From positions 23,425 through 87,424 of IMG/VR virus record IMGVR_UViG_3300005937_000001: 64,000 nucleotides of DNA; one strand, 5' to 3'. The stretch is from a virus. Taxonomy: Duplodnaviria > Caudoviricetes. Positions within the stretch are counted from its first letter, which is position 1. Every line of letters starts with the position of its first letter. Under the pieces are notes generated by a model. That model had not been told where the DNA came from, made no database searches, and saw only the letters and a program-made list of their open reading frames with translations. Made by a program: the position numbers and the translations under genes. Below are positions 37,226 through 45,459 of this stretch, in pieces.

Positions 37226-38256
37226 CCTTCACCGATTGGGACATCGACGCTGTAGGCGTGCAGGGACTGCGAGGGCCGCGAGGATCGACGGCAACCTCAA
37301 CTCCGAGCGCTGACGCTATCAACCTATCACGTGCAGGACGTGACGGCTTGCTGTGGACGCCGGCCACGCTCAACAACCTGATCAATGGCAAGGTGATCTT
37401 CACTCCCCCGTACTTCCGCATCAAGACACTGTTGGGAAACGATCCATCTGCAGCGGACCCAGTGTTCTGCGTCATGCCGGATGCGACGACGATCATCAAG
37501 ATTACAACGGCCAGCGTGCTCACGATGCTCCCTGGCGTCACTTTTGGGGGGCAGGCATCTTCCGCCGCCATCCGGTTATGGCTCTACTTGTTTGCCGACG
37601 GTCGGCTTGGTGTTCGCTGCAACATGGCGGCGAACAAGATACTCGGGCCACCACCTGATCGGATGACTACCGCGAATTTTGCTGCGCCTGGTGCGGCCGG
37701 TGTGACTTATGGAAGCTCAAGCGGTCAGATGCTCTATCGGCCGATCGCTTACGTGGACTTTGACTCCGCTCCAGTGTCGGGCGGTGATTGGTACGGATCA
37801 CCCAGCCGCATCACGATGGTAGGGCCGAACACGCCAATGCCTGGTGCGCGCTTGCAGGAGAGCGGCCAGGCGCAACAGAGCCAAATTACTTGCAACACCG
37901 GCGGCTGGACACAAACAACGATCTACAACTACATCCAACCAAGCTGCGTGCAACATGCCGTACGTGTGAGCTGTAACTCAGATGGGCATCTCTCGGTCCC
38001 AGCTCAGACCGAGTATTGCGTTGCGCAAGTGTTCAGGAACGACGCCACTGCGCTTGCTCAGGTCAATTACTCGTACACATGGACAGCGACTGCTAGCTCC
38101 TCGTTCATCATCTACGCTGGCGGCTTCATCGATTATCCATACACGATCGCCAACACGCTCTACCGCCTTTACGTGCACCTTTCGGTCAACGGCGGCAACA
38201 CGCTGTATATTCCGCACGGCGGAGGCTGGATGCAGACCACCGAGCTGATGACATGA
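37222..38256 (+). CDS. Fibre tip protein G
   Basis: Begins MTFTDW; ATGA coupled; S.DA.NLSR.G.D.L.WTP motif; paralog of H. Confidence 0.7.
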   Translation: MTFTDWDIDAVGVQGLRGPRGSTATSTPSADAINLSRAGRDGLLWTPATLNNLINGKVIFTPPYFRIKTLLGNDPSAADPVFCVMPDATTIIKITTASVLTMLPGVTFGGQASSAAIRLWLYLFADGRLGVRCNMAANKILGPPPDRMTTANFAAPGAAGVTYGSSSGQMLYRPIAYVDFDSAPVSGGDWYGSPSRITMVGPNTPMPGARLQESGQAQQSQITCNTGGWTQTTIYNYIQPSCVQHAVRVSCNSDGHLSVPAQTEYCVAQVFRNDATALAQVNYSYTWTATASSSFIIYAGGFIDYPYTIANTLYRLYVHLSVNGGNTLYIPHGGGWMQTTELMT

Positions 38257-39302
38257 CGTTCACCGATTGGGACATCAACGTTGCGGGTCAGCTCGGGCAG
38301 ACGGGACCGACTGGGCCAGCTGGAACAATAGGGTTGAGCACCGACGCGAACAATCTCTCGCGTTTAGGAAGCGACAGTCTGATCTGGACGCCGGCGACGG
38401 TGACCAACAACTTGATCAATGGCAGGGTGACGGCGACGGTCGCTGCCAACACGACCACCTTCTGGATCAAGAACACCTTGTCCGGTGGCGATCCATCGCC
38501 GAGCTATCCAGTCTACTGCGTAATGCCGGATGCTACTGTCGTGCGGCTCACGGCGGCAACATCGATCACAATTCCGGCCGGCTTCACCTTTGCTAACCAA
38601 GCGACTTCATGGATTCGCATCTGGGTCTATTTGCTAGCAACAGGCGTGCTCGCGGTGCGCTGCTGCATCACCGGAGGCAAGCTAGCAGGGCCGGCACCCG
38701 ATCGTATGTCGGTTCTCGCCTTCAGTGGCGCCGGCGTCTTCGGCAACAACTACGCAGCCGCGCCGGCGACCGCGATCCCGTATCGTCCAATCGCGTACCT
38801 GGACTATGACCTCTCGCCGCAAACAAGCGGCAACTGGATCAATACACCGACCCGCATCACGCAGGTCGGGCCTAATACGTTGATGCCTGGTGCGATGATC
38901 CAAGAGCTGGGGCAAGCGCACCAGAGCCAAGTGACTTGCCAAACTGGTGGTTGGACGCAGACGAGCACCTGGTGCTACATCCAACCGAGCTTCGTGCAGC
39001 ACGCAGTGCGGGTCGAGTGCAACGCCGACATGCTGCTCAACTGCGCTGCCTCTAACGAATACATCATGTCGCAGGTTTGGAGGAATGACGCGACCCCGAT
39101 CGGACAGATCAACTACGCGTACGGTTGGGCGCAGACTGTAGTGTTTTCATTCATTGCGCATGCTGGCTGCCTCCTCGATTATCCAGGCACGACAGCAAAC
39201 ACGCTCTACCGTTTGTACTTCCACATCTACGTCAGTGGCTCGAACATCGCGTACTGCCCACATGGTGGCGCGTGGATGCAGCTAGCGGAGCTGATGACCT
39301 AA
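38253..39302 (+). CDS. Fibre tip protein H (paralog of G)
   Basis: Begins MTFTDW; colinear with G over its full length, ending PHGG.WMQ..ELMT. Confidence 0.7.
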   Translation: MTFTDWDINVAGQLGQTGPTGPAGTIGLSTDANNLSRLGSDSLIWTPATVTNNLINGRVTATVAANTTTFWIKNTLSGGDPSPSYPVYCVMPDATVVRLTAATSITIPAGFTFANQATSWIRIWVYLLATGVLAVRCCITGGKLAGPAPDRMSVLAFSGAGVFGNNYAAAPATAIPYRPIAYLDYDLSPQTSGNWINTPTRITQVGPNTLMPGAMIQELGQAHQSQVTCQTGGWTQTSTWCYIQPSFVQHAVRVECNADMLLNCAASNEYIMSQVWRNDATPIGQINYAYGWAQTVVFSFIAHAGCLLDYPGTTANTLYRLYFHIYVSGSNIAYCPHGGAWMQLAELMT

Positions 39303-39313
39303 GGAGAGCAGCA

Positions 39314-39607
39314 ATGGCACTGAGTTATGAAGAGACCGCGAACCTGATGCGGGACGCTACGTTCATCAATCGTATCAAGATCGCGTGCCTCGTCTACATG
39401 CATGAGATCATGAACGAGCCGTACGAGACGCCCGCGCACGTGACGCGTCTGAAGTGGGCACAGAGCGTCTCGCAAACACCCGACAGTGTCGCGATGCAGC
39501 TCGCGCCGATCGTGGTCATGGACCCCGCTATTCAAGCCGCAGGCGCCAACGTGACCGACTCTGACCTGCAGGTCGCGGTCGTCGGCGCCATCAACAAAAT
39601 GCTATGA
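39314..39607 (+). CDS. Hypothetical virion-associated protein
   Basis: ATG after AAGGAG; MALSYEE.A.LM.D..F..RIK.A family often found after phage fibres. Confidence 0.6.
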   Translation: MALSYEETANLMRDATFINRIKIACLVYMHEIMNEPYETPAHVTRLKWAQSVSQTPDSVAMQLAPIVVMDPAIQAAGANVTDSDLQVAVVGAINKML

Positions 39608-39864
39608 GCTGGAAACGCGAAGGATACTGCTGCAAATGTGGACAGTGCTGTCGTGGCGCGATTGACGGATTACCTGCTCAGGACGACGGCGCTTGCCCTT
39701 ATCTGGCAGCGACGAACGCTGCGGGCGAACGTCTCTGCCGTATCCATGACACCGTCGACACCTACTGGGCGCGCGGCTGCAACGTCTGGCCAAGCGTCCC
39801 GCATCACATCGAAGCCTACGACCGTTGCACCTTTACGTTCGTCTGGGTAGACGATGCCGACTAA
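39604..39864 (+). CDS. YkgJ-like cysteine-cluster (CxxCxxCC) protein
   Basis: CCKCGQCC...CPYL...C.IH...C..WP pattern. Confidence 0.65.
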   Translation: MSWKREGYCCKCGQCCRGAIDGLPAQDDGACPYLAATNAAGERLCRIHDTVDTYWARGCNVWPSVPHHIEAYDRCTFTFVWVDDAD

Positions 39865-42800
39865 GACTTTCTATCTGCTCAACACCGCTGCTGTTGCACC
39901 CAACTACTGGGGTAACATGCAGGATGGCGGCAGCGCGCCTGCAGCGGCTTCGTGCACCTACGGTTGGACGGTTGCCAAGACCGTGGTCACATCCGGCACC
40001 TTCCGGGCGCGCCTGGGTGCAAACGCGCTCGCGACCGTCGGCGGCACTGTCACGAGCGGGATCACCAATACGCTCGCTCCACGCCCAGGCACTGCCGCGA
40101 CCAACACGGCGGCTGGCGACAGCTTCGTGGTCGGTCCACTCAACGGCTCATTTGCGGCTGGCAACTGGACTTTCAACTGGCAATTCCGCACTGCCGCCGC
40201 GACCACGGTCGGCTACCTGCGGATGCGGGTGTGGAAGGGCTCCGACCCGAGTGGCGCAGGCGCCACTGATCTGTCCCCCAGCGGCGTCCCCATCGATGGC
40301 GCCAGCGTCACCATGTCGTCGATCACGACGAGCTACAACAGCTCAATGACGTGGAACGCTCCCGCCATCACGCTCAACAACGAGTACCTGTTCTTCGAGG
40401 TCGAGTGGCGCGAGACGACAGCCGGCACTTCGAACCAGAGCGGCGCCACTTTCCGCCAGGGCGAAAGCTCGATTGTCACTACCAACTTCACCTTTGCGGC
40501 GATCAGCTTTCCGGCAGCCACCAACCTTGCAGTGTCGCAGCCTGTCGTCGGTGGAGGTCTTGGACCTCTTTGGCAACCGATAGAGCTTGGCACCAACCTG
40601 CAAAGCTGGCTCGACGCCTCGGACGCCAGTACGGTTACGGTCACCGGCAGCGGTGTTTCTCAGTGGCGTGACAAGTCCTCGTTTGCCCGCCACGGCAACC
40701 AGACCACTGATGCCAACCGCCCGCCCTACCTTGGCGGTAATGTTATCAAATTTCAGTCATTGGACGCGCTCACCTTCACAGGTAATCCATCCGGTTCCTA
40801 CGACTGTTGCTTCGCTGGACTGCAAGCCGCTGGCGCAACAAACAAGACGATCTTTTTCAACACCTCGGCGGAGATTCCTCTCCGCATCACATCGACAGGT
40901 CAGGTCGGCGTCGTCGATGGTGGAGTCTTTTCCCAAGCCGGCACCGCCACCTGGGAGCCAGACAACGAAGCCCTCTGCTACTTCCGGCTAGCCAACGGCA
41001 TCCCGACTTACGTGGCGATGAACGGTGGCGGATGGCACGAAGCCGCCGGTATGCCCACGCGGCAGATTCTCTCCATCGGCCGCACCGACGCCTCCGAAGG
41101 CTTCGGCGATCTCTACGAGATCGTGCTGCTGCCCTACGAGTCTTCTGATGCTGACAGGCAAAAGCTCGAAGGCTACATGGCCTGGAAATGGGGCTTGGCT
41201 CAGTATCTGCTCGACGACGCCCACCCCTATAAGTCAGCTGCGCCAAGGGTCGGTGGTTATCCCTACCCGACACTCACCGAAATAGGTCCCGAGGTTCTGA
41301 CAGCGAGCGATCTGAGCGTTGCAGCTCCGGTTCTCGGCGCACCTAATCTTGCGGAACTGCTTCCGTCCTCGGACTTGACGGCTATCAGCTTCGCCATCAG
41401 CGCACTCGTCATCAGCACCTCGACCCTTGGTCAAGCTCACAAGCTCCAGGGCAACGCGGCGGCTGCTGGTGCTCCGTCATTCATCACTGCCACGATCAAG
41501 CAAGCGCACGCCTTCCAAGCGCAGCCCGTCACTGCAGGCCTGCCAGTCATCGGCAGTTCTGCTGTCTCGCTCACCGTCAACGTGACGGTTAGTAGCCTCG
41601 CGGTGCCTTCGCCGAGCTTCGGCACGCCGGCGATGGTGCCAATCATTCTGCTCTCGCCCATTGCTTACGCCACGCCACCTCCGGCGCTCGTGGCTGCGAC
41701 GCTCGGGCAGAAGCACGTACTCGCTGCGCCCGCTTTTACCCCAACGTCACCGCCCGCACTCGCTGCCGCGAGCATTACTCAGAAGCACGTCCTGACTGCG
41801 TCCGCTATTGCGGTCGGATCACCAAGCCTTGGCGTTGGTACGGCTAGCGTAGCTTCGCTAGTCCTCACTGCCGTTCCGGTTGCCGCGAGCAATCCTGCAT
41901 TCACGATCCCAGCGCTGCAGCAGAAACATGTGCTGGCAGGAGCGTCAGCGGCCGCGGGATCGCCTGCTCTTGGCGCCGGCATCCTTGGCCTCACCGCCAA
42001 CAGCTTTGCGAGCAGCTCGCCCACGCTCACGGCACCGAGCCTCGGGCAGAGGCACGCATTCACTGCGACCGCGCTTGCTTTAGCTGCGCCGTCTTTGGCT
42101 GCTACGACCCTCGGTCAATCTGGCGTCTTGGCGTGTATCCCCATCGCCATCACGCCCCCGACGCTTTCCGCCGGCGTGCTCGCGCAGAAGCACGTGCTGG
42201 CGGCGAACTCGTTGGCGATTTCTGCGCCGGCGCCGGCAGCAGCCACGCTGAAGCAAGTGCATGCACTTACGACCGCGAGCCTGGCGGTCACCGCGCCGTC
42301 CTTGGGGGCCTGTGCACTCGGACAATCCCACGTCCTTGGCACGCTCTCCCTTGCAGCGGGTGCACCAGTGCTCGCGGCCGCAGTGCTCGGCCAAGCCGGC
42401 GTAATGGCGGCGCTACCGATCACCGTCAGCTCCCCCGTCATTGGCTCTGCAAACTTCAGCCAGAAGCATAGCGCGGTTGCCTCTTCCTTTGCGACTTCCG
42501 CGCCCTCGCTGAGTAGCCCGTCACTCGGCAAGGTGCTTTCGGTTGGAGCGCTCGCCGTCGGTGCCCCAGCCTTAGGCGCTCCTAGCTTGGCCAAGGCACT
42601 GACGGCGGCGCCTCTTGCGGCAGGTGCTCCTGCTCTTGGCACTCCCTCCCTGACTGCTGTGGTCGCATGTGTGGCGGACGCATTGGCGACCACGACACCG
42701 GCAATCGGTACACCAGCGCTCAAGCAAGTCCACAAGCTTGTTGCGGTTATCACCATCGGCCCGCCCGTCCTATCGGTCCCAACGCTCGGCATCATCGGTG

Positions 42801-43864
42801 TGGTGATTGCCGTACCGGCGATAGCGGGTGCTCCGGTCCTCGGGGCCCCAGCACTCGGGCAGCGACACGTCCTCTCTGCCGCTGGGGCCTCGACGGGGGC
42901 GCCGACGATCGCCGCGCCCGCATGCGCGATAAGGGTCGGACTTACCGCGCAGCCGCTGGCGGTTGCGCCGGTTCTTGGCGCACCAAAACTTGAGCAGATA
43001 CACCAACTCACGGCCGCGAACCTGGCAGGATCGGCGCCGGCGATCGGCACCGCTTTCTTCGGTCAGGCCGGCGTGATGGCGGCGGTCCCCTTGTGGATAG
43101 GACCGCTAATCGTCTCTATCCCCAACCTTAGACAGCGCCACCGTTTCACGGAAAACGTGCTCGCCGCGGGCGCCCCCGTGCTTGGGGCGGCGATCTTCCT
43201 GCCGCGGCTGCTGTCGGCGCCCCTGTATGCAGGACACCCCGAGATCGGGACACCGGCCCTCGGGCAACAGCACGCTCTGCAGCCAGTATCCCTGGCCGAC
43301 CGCGCCCCGAGCCTTGGGGCGGCTTTTTTCAGCCAGGCCGGTATCTTGGCCGCGGTCCCGCTGGAAACGGCGCCAGCGGCCTTCTCTGCCCCAGCAATCG
43401 GGCAACGATACAAACTTAGCACCCCTATTCTGCAGATTGGGGGTCCCGAAATAGGGGCACCCCAATACCAGGGCGTCAACCGGCTCCCGAGGGCCTACAA
43501 TCTCTTTGCAGGGCGTTTTAAGCCCCTCCCCGCTGTCCTGGGGCAGGTCCACCCGCTAACGCCGCAGAATGCCTCCGCTGGCCGTCCTACGACCCTTCTA
43601 GCGCCATCCCTGGCAGAGGTGCGGCCCCTGGACCCGCTCGGGGTCGAGGTCGGACCCCCGTCCCTGGACGCGCCGGCGTGCGGGTTGTGGCAGCCGCGGC
43701 CTGGCGATGTGGTCGACGTCATCGGGTGCCCGCACCGCCCGACCATCGAAGGCCGGCGCGGTGGCGCCACCATCACGGCGAAGTCGCAGCGCGCTGCGGA
43801 TATCACCGGCCAGCGCAACGGTGGCGGACGCATCATCGGTCGCAAGCAGCGTGTGACCATCTAA
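39854..43864 (+). CDS. Large virion protein: beta-sandwich + LamG/ConA-like domain + long GxPxLG repeats
   Basis: WLDASD..T....GVSQW.DKS....RP and G.LYEI......DRQKLEGY.AWKWG domain; Ala/Pro-rich repeats with recurring Q-x-H-x-L and A-G-A-P-x-L-G. Confidence 0.7.
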   Translation: MPTKTFYLLNTAAVAPNYWGNMQDGGSAPAAASCTYGWTVAKTVVTSGTFRARLGANALATVGGTVTSGITNTLAPRPGTAATNTAAGDSFVVGPLNGSFAAGNWTFNWQFRTAAATTVGYLRMRVWKGSDPSGAGATDLSPSGVPIDGASVTMSSITTSYNSSMTWNAPAITLNNEYLFFEVEWRETTAGTSNQSGATFRQGESSIVTTNFTFAAISFPAATNLAVSQPVVGGGLGPLWQPIELGTNLQSWLDASDASTVTVTGSGVSQWRDKSSFARHGNQTTDANRPPYLGGNVIKFQSLDALTFTGNPSGSYDCCFAGLQAAGATNKTIFFNTSAEIPLRITSTGQVGVVDGGVFSQAGTATWEPDNEALCYFRLANGIPTYVAMNGGGWHEAAGMPTRQILSIGRTDASEGFGDLYEIVLLPYESSDADRQKLEGYMAWKWGLAQYLLDDAHPYKSAAPRVGGYPYPTLTEIGPEVLTASDLSVAAPVLGAPNLAELLPSSDLTAISFAISALVISTSTLGQAHKLQGNAAAAGAPSFITATIKQAHAFQAQPVTAGLPVIGSSAVSLTVNVTVSSLAVPSPSFGTPAMVPIILLSPIAYATPPPALVAATLGQKHVLAAPAFTPTSPPALAAASITQKHVLTASAIAVGSPSLGVGTASVASLVLTAVPVAASNPAFTIPALQQKHVLAGASAAAGSPALGAGILGLTANSFASSSPTLTAPSLGQRHAFTATALALAAPSLAATTLGQSGVLACIPIAITPPTLSAGVLAQKHVLAANSLAISAPAPAAATLKQVHALTTASLAVTAPSLGACALGQSHVLGTLSLAAGAPVLAAAVLGQAGVMAALPITVSSPVIGSANFSQKHSAVASSFATSAPSLSSPSLGKVLSVGALAVGAPALGAPSLAKALTAAPLAAGAPALGTPSLTAVVACVADALATTTPAIGTPALKQVHKLVAVITIGPPVLSVPTLGIIGVVIAVPAIAGAPVLGAPALGQRHVLSAAGASTGAPTIAAPACAIRVGLTAQPLAVAPVLGAPKLEQIHQLTAANLAGSAPAIGTAFFGQAGVMAAVPLWIGPLIVSIPNLRQRHRFTENVLAAGAPVLGAAIFLPRLLSAPLYAGHPEIGTPALGQQHALQPVSLADRAPSLGAAFFSQAGILAAVPLETAPAAFSAPAIGQRYKLSTPILQIGGPEIGAPQYQGVNRLPRAYNLFAGRFKPLPAVLGQVHPLTPQNASAGRPTTLLAPSLAEVRPLDPLGVEVGPPSLDAPACGLWQPRPGDVVDVIGCPHRPTIEGRRGGATITAKSQRAADITGQRNGGGRIIGRKQRVTI

Positions 43865-43960
43865 GCTTGGGTGGGGAGTATCCTACGCCCTGGGCTCCCG
43901 CCCTCGGCCTGGGCTCGGGCCCGCCGCGGCTCGGGCCCAGGCGCTCCCTTAGAGATCACG

Positions 43961-44644
43961 ATGGAAATCACCTTCCGCTGCCTGCCGAAGTTCGAAGCTA
44001 CCCTGCCGCGGCCAGTGCCTGCAGCTAATCGGCTTCCCGACTGGCTCCGCTCAATGCCGGCAACGGCATTCAGCGAGCTGCAGAAAAAAGAAATTCACAC
44101 CGCCAAGCAGTGCGCGCCGTTCATCGACGCCATGACCGCCGGCTTCCTCATCCCGTTGGCGGTCGACATCAAGGTCGAGAACAGCAAGCTGACTTGGGAC
44201 CGCAACGACCTCGGCGGCAAGCCGCCGGTCAATCAGCACGAGCAAGTGCAGGTGGACGGCACGCCGTTCTCGCGGGTGCCTGTAATCCGCTTCAACAATT
44301 TCTGGACGATCGAGACCCCGCCTGGCTACTCGCTCCTGGTGGTGCACCCTATCAACCTGCACGCTTTGCCGTTCATCACCATCACAGGGCTGGTCGACAC
44401 CGACAAGTACGTCGACAACTTCATCAATTTTCCTGTGCATTGGTGCGACGTTGCGTTCAAGGGCGTGCTGCCGAAGGGGACGCCGATCGCCCAGTGCATA
44501 CCGATCAAGCGCGACGACTGGACATCGTGCTTCGGGACGATCGAAGGCGACGCTGCTAATCGACTGATCGAGGTCTCGCAGGCGGTCGCGGATGAGCCTG
44601 GCACCTACCGCAGGCAATTTCGCGCGCCCAAGCATTGGAGATAG
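43961..44644 (+). CDS. Conserved hypothetical protein, possibly dUTPase-like fold (DUF6065-like)
   Basis: P.PA...LPDWLRSMP...K.C.PF.DAM..GF.IP, F.NFW.I.TPPGYS.L..HP.N, KGTPIAQ.IP.KR motifs. Confidence 0.6.
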   Translation: MEITFRCLPKFEATLPRPVPAANRLPDWLRSMPATAFSELQKKEIHTAKQCAPFIDAMTAGFLIPLAVDIKVENSKLTWDRNDLGGKPPVNQHEQVQVDGTPFSRVPVIRFNNFWTIETPPGYSLLVVHPINLHALPFITITGLVDTDKYVDNFINFPVHWCDVAFKGVLPKGTPIAQCIPIKRDDWTSCFGTIEGDAANRLIEVSQAVADEPGTYRRQFRAPKHWR

Positions 44645-44646
44645 GC

Positions 44647-45459
44647 ATGGCACTGACGCACCACGACGACATCGAGCTGATGATCGGCGACGAGTGGGTG
44701 ATCCGCGGTCGCCTACTCGACGAGGATGGGCAGCCAATCGACCTGGGGCCGGCGAACGTCGACGTCGTCTGGGCACTGTGCGGGCCTGATGGCTATCGGG
44801 TACCAGGCCTCGAAGTCACCACGGTGGAGAAACAGACTGGCGGCGACGTGCTGATCACACTGCCCCACACGCTCACGCGCACACTTGAGCCCGCGCGCTA
44901 CCTGGACTCAATCCGCGTGGTTGTCGATGGCGCACCGTCGACGGAATGGGTCGGTATCATCTTAGCCAACGCCGATCCGTTTCATCTGATTGCACCGCCA
45001 CTACTGGAGACACCACCACTACTGGAGTCGCAGATGGAAGAACCACCTGATGACGGTCAGCTTTACGCCCGCCGCGCTGGCCAGTGGATCGAGCTGCCCT
45101 CCGGTTTCTCGACCATGTTCGAGTACATCTACGAGGACACGCAGACGGCGCCACCGAACAATTCACAGCTAAGGCTCGATAACTCTGACCCCACGCTCGC
45201 GACAAAAATCTGGCTGCACAACAACAATGCTGACAGTGTCGACGTCTCGAACCTTCTCCTTCTGATCGAGCAGGGCTTCATCATCTTTGTGCAAGATAAG
45301 AATGACCCTACGCACCGTGCGCGTTTCCTTGCGACCGGACCAATGATCAACCTCGGCACGTACTGCGAAATTCCAGTCATGTTCGAGGCAATGGTGAGCG
45401 GTGGGGTCCCGCCAAGCGATGGCCAGCGCGTCATCGTCATGGTCTATGGAGGAGGTTGA
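44647..45459 (+). CDS. BppU-like baseplate-upper/fibre adaptor protein
   Basis: GD.W.I...L.DEDG.PIDL N-terminal domain; carries the PPDDGQLYARRAGQW motif also seen in fibres A and D. Confidence 0.55.
   Translation: MALTHHDDIELMIGDEWVIRGRLLDEDGQPIDLGPANVDVVWALCGPDGYRVPGLEVTTVEKQTGGDVLITLPHTLTRTLEPARYLDSIRVVVDGAPSTEWVGIILANADPFHLIAPPLLETPPLLESQMEEPPDDGQLYARRAGQWIELPSGFSTMFEYIYEDTQTAPPNNSQLRLDNSDPTLATKIWLHNNNADSVDVSNLLLLIEQGFIIFVQDKNDPTHRARFLATGPMINLGTYCEIPVMFEAMVSGGVPPSDGQRVIVMVYGGG

Noticed and set aside
12192-39302. Diversity-generating retroelement acting on fibre tips (G/H similarity; Asn/Tyr-rich tip of 12192..14051)
   Set aside because: No reverse transcriptase or Avd in the window and no non-coding template repeat. 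G/H differences are not confined to adenines and both are full ORFs.
44051-44776. Long alternative-frame and antisense ORFs (e.g. 44051-44776, 27771-28751, 30331-31302, 51447-52421, 62758-63807)
   Set aside because: They shadow well-supported genes and have Arg/Ala-rich composition typical of off-frame reading in high-GC DNA.
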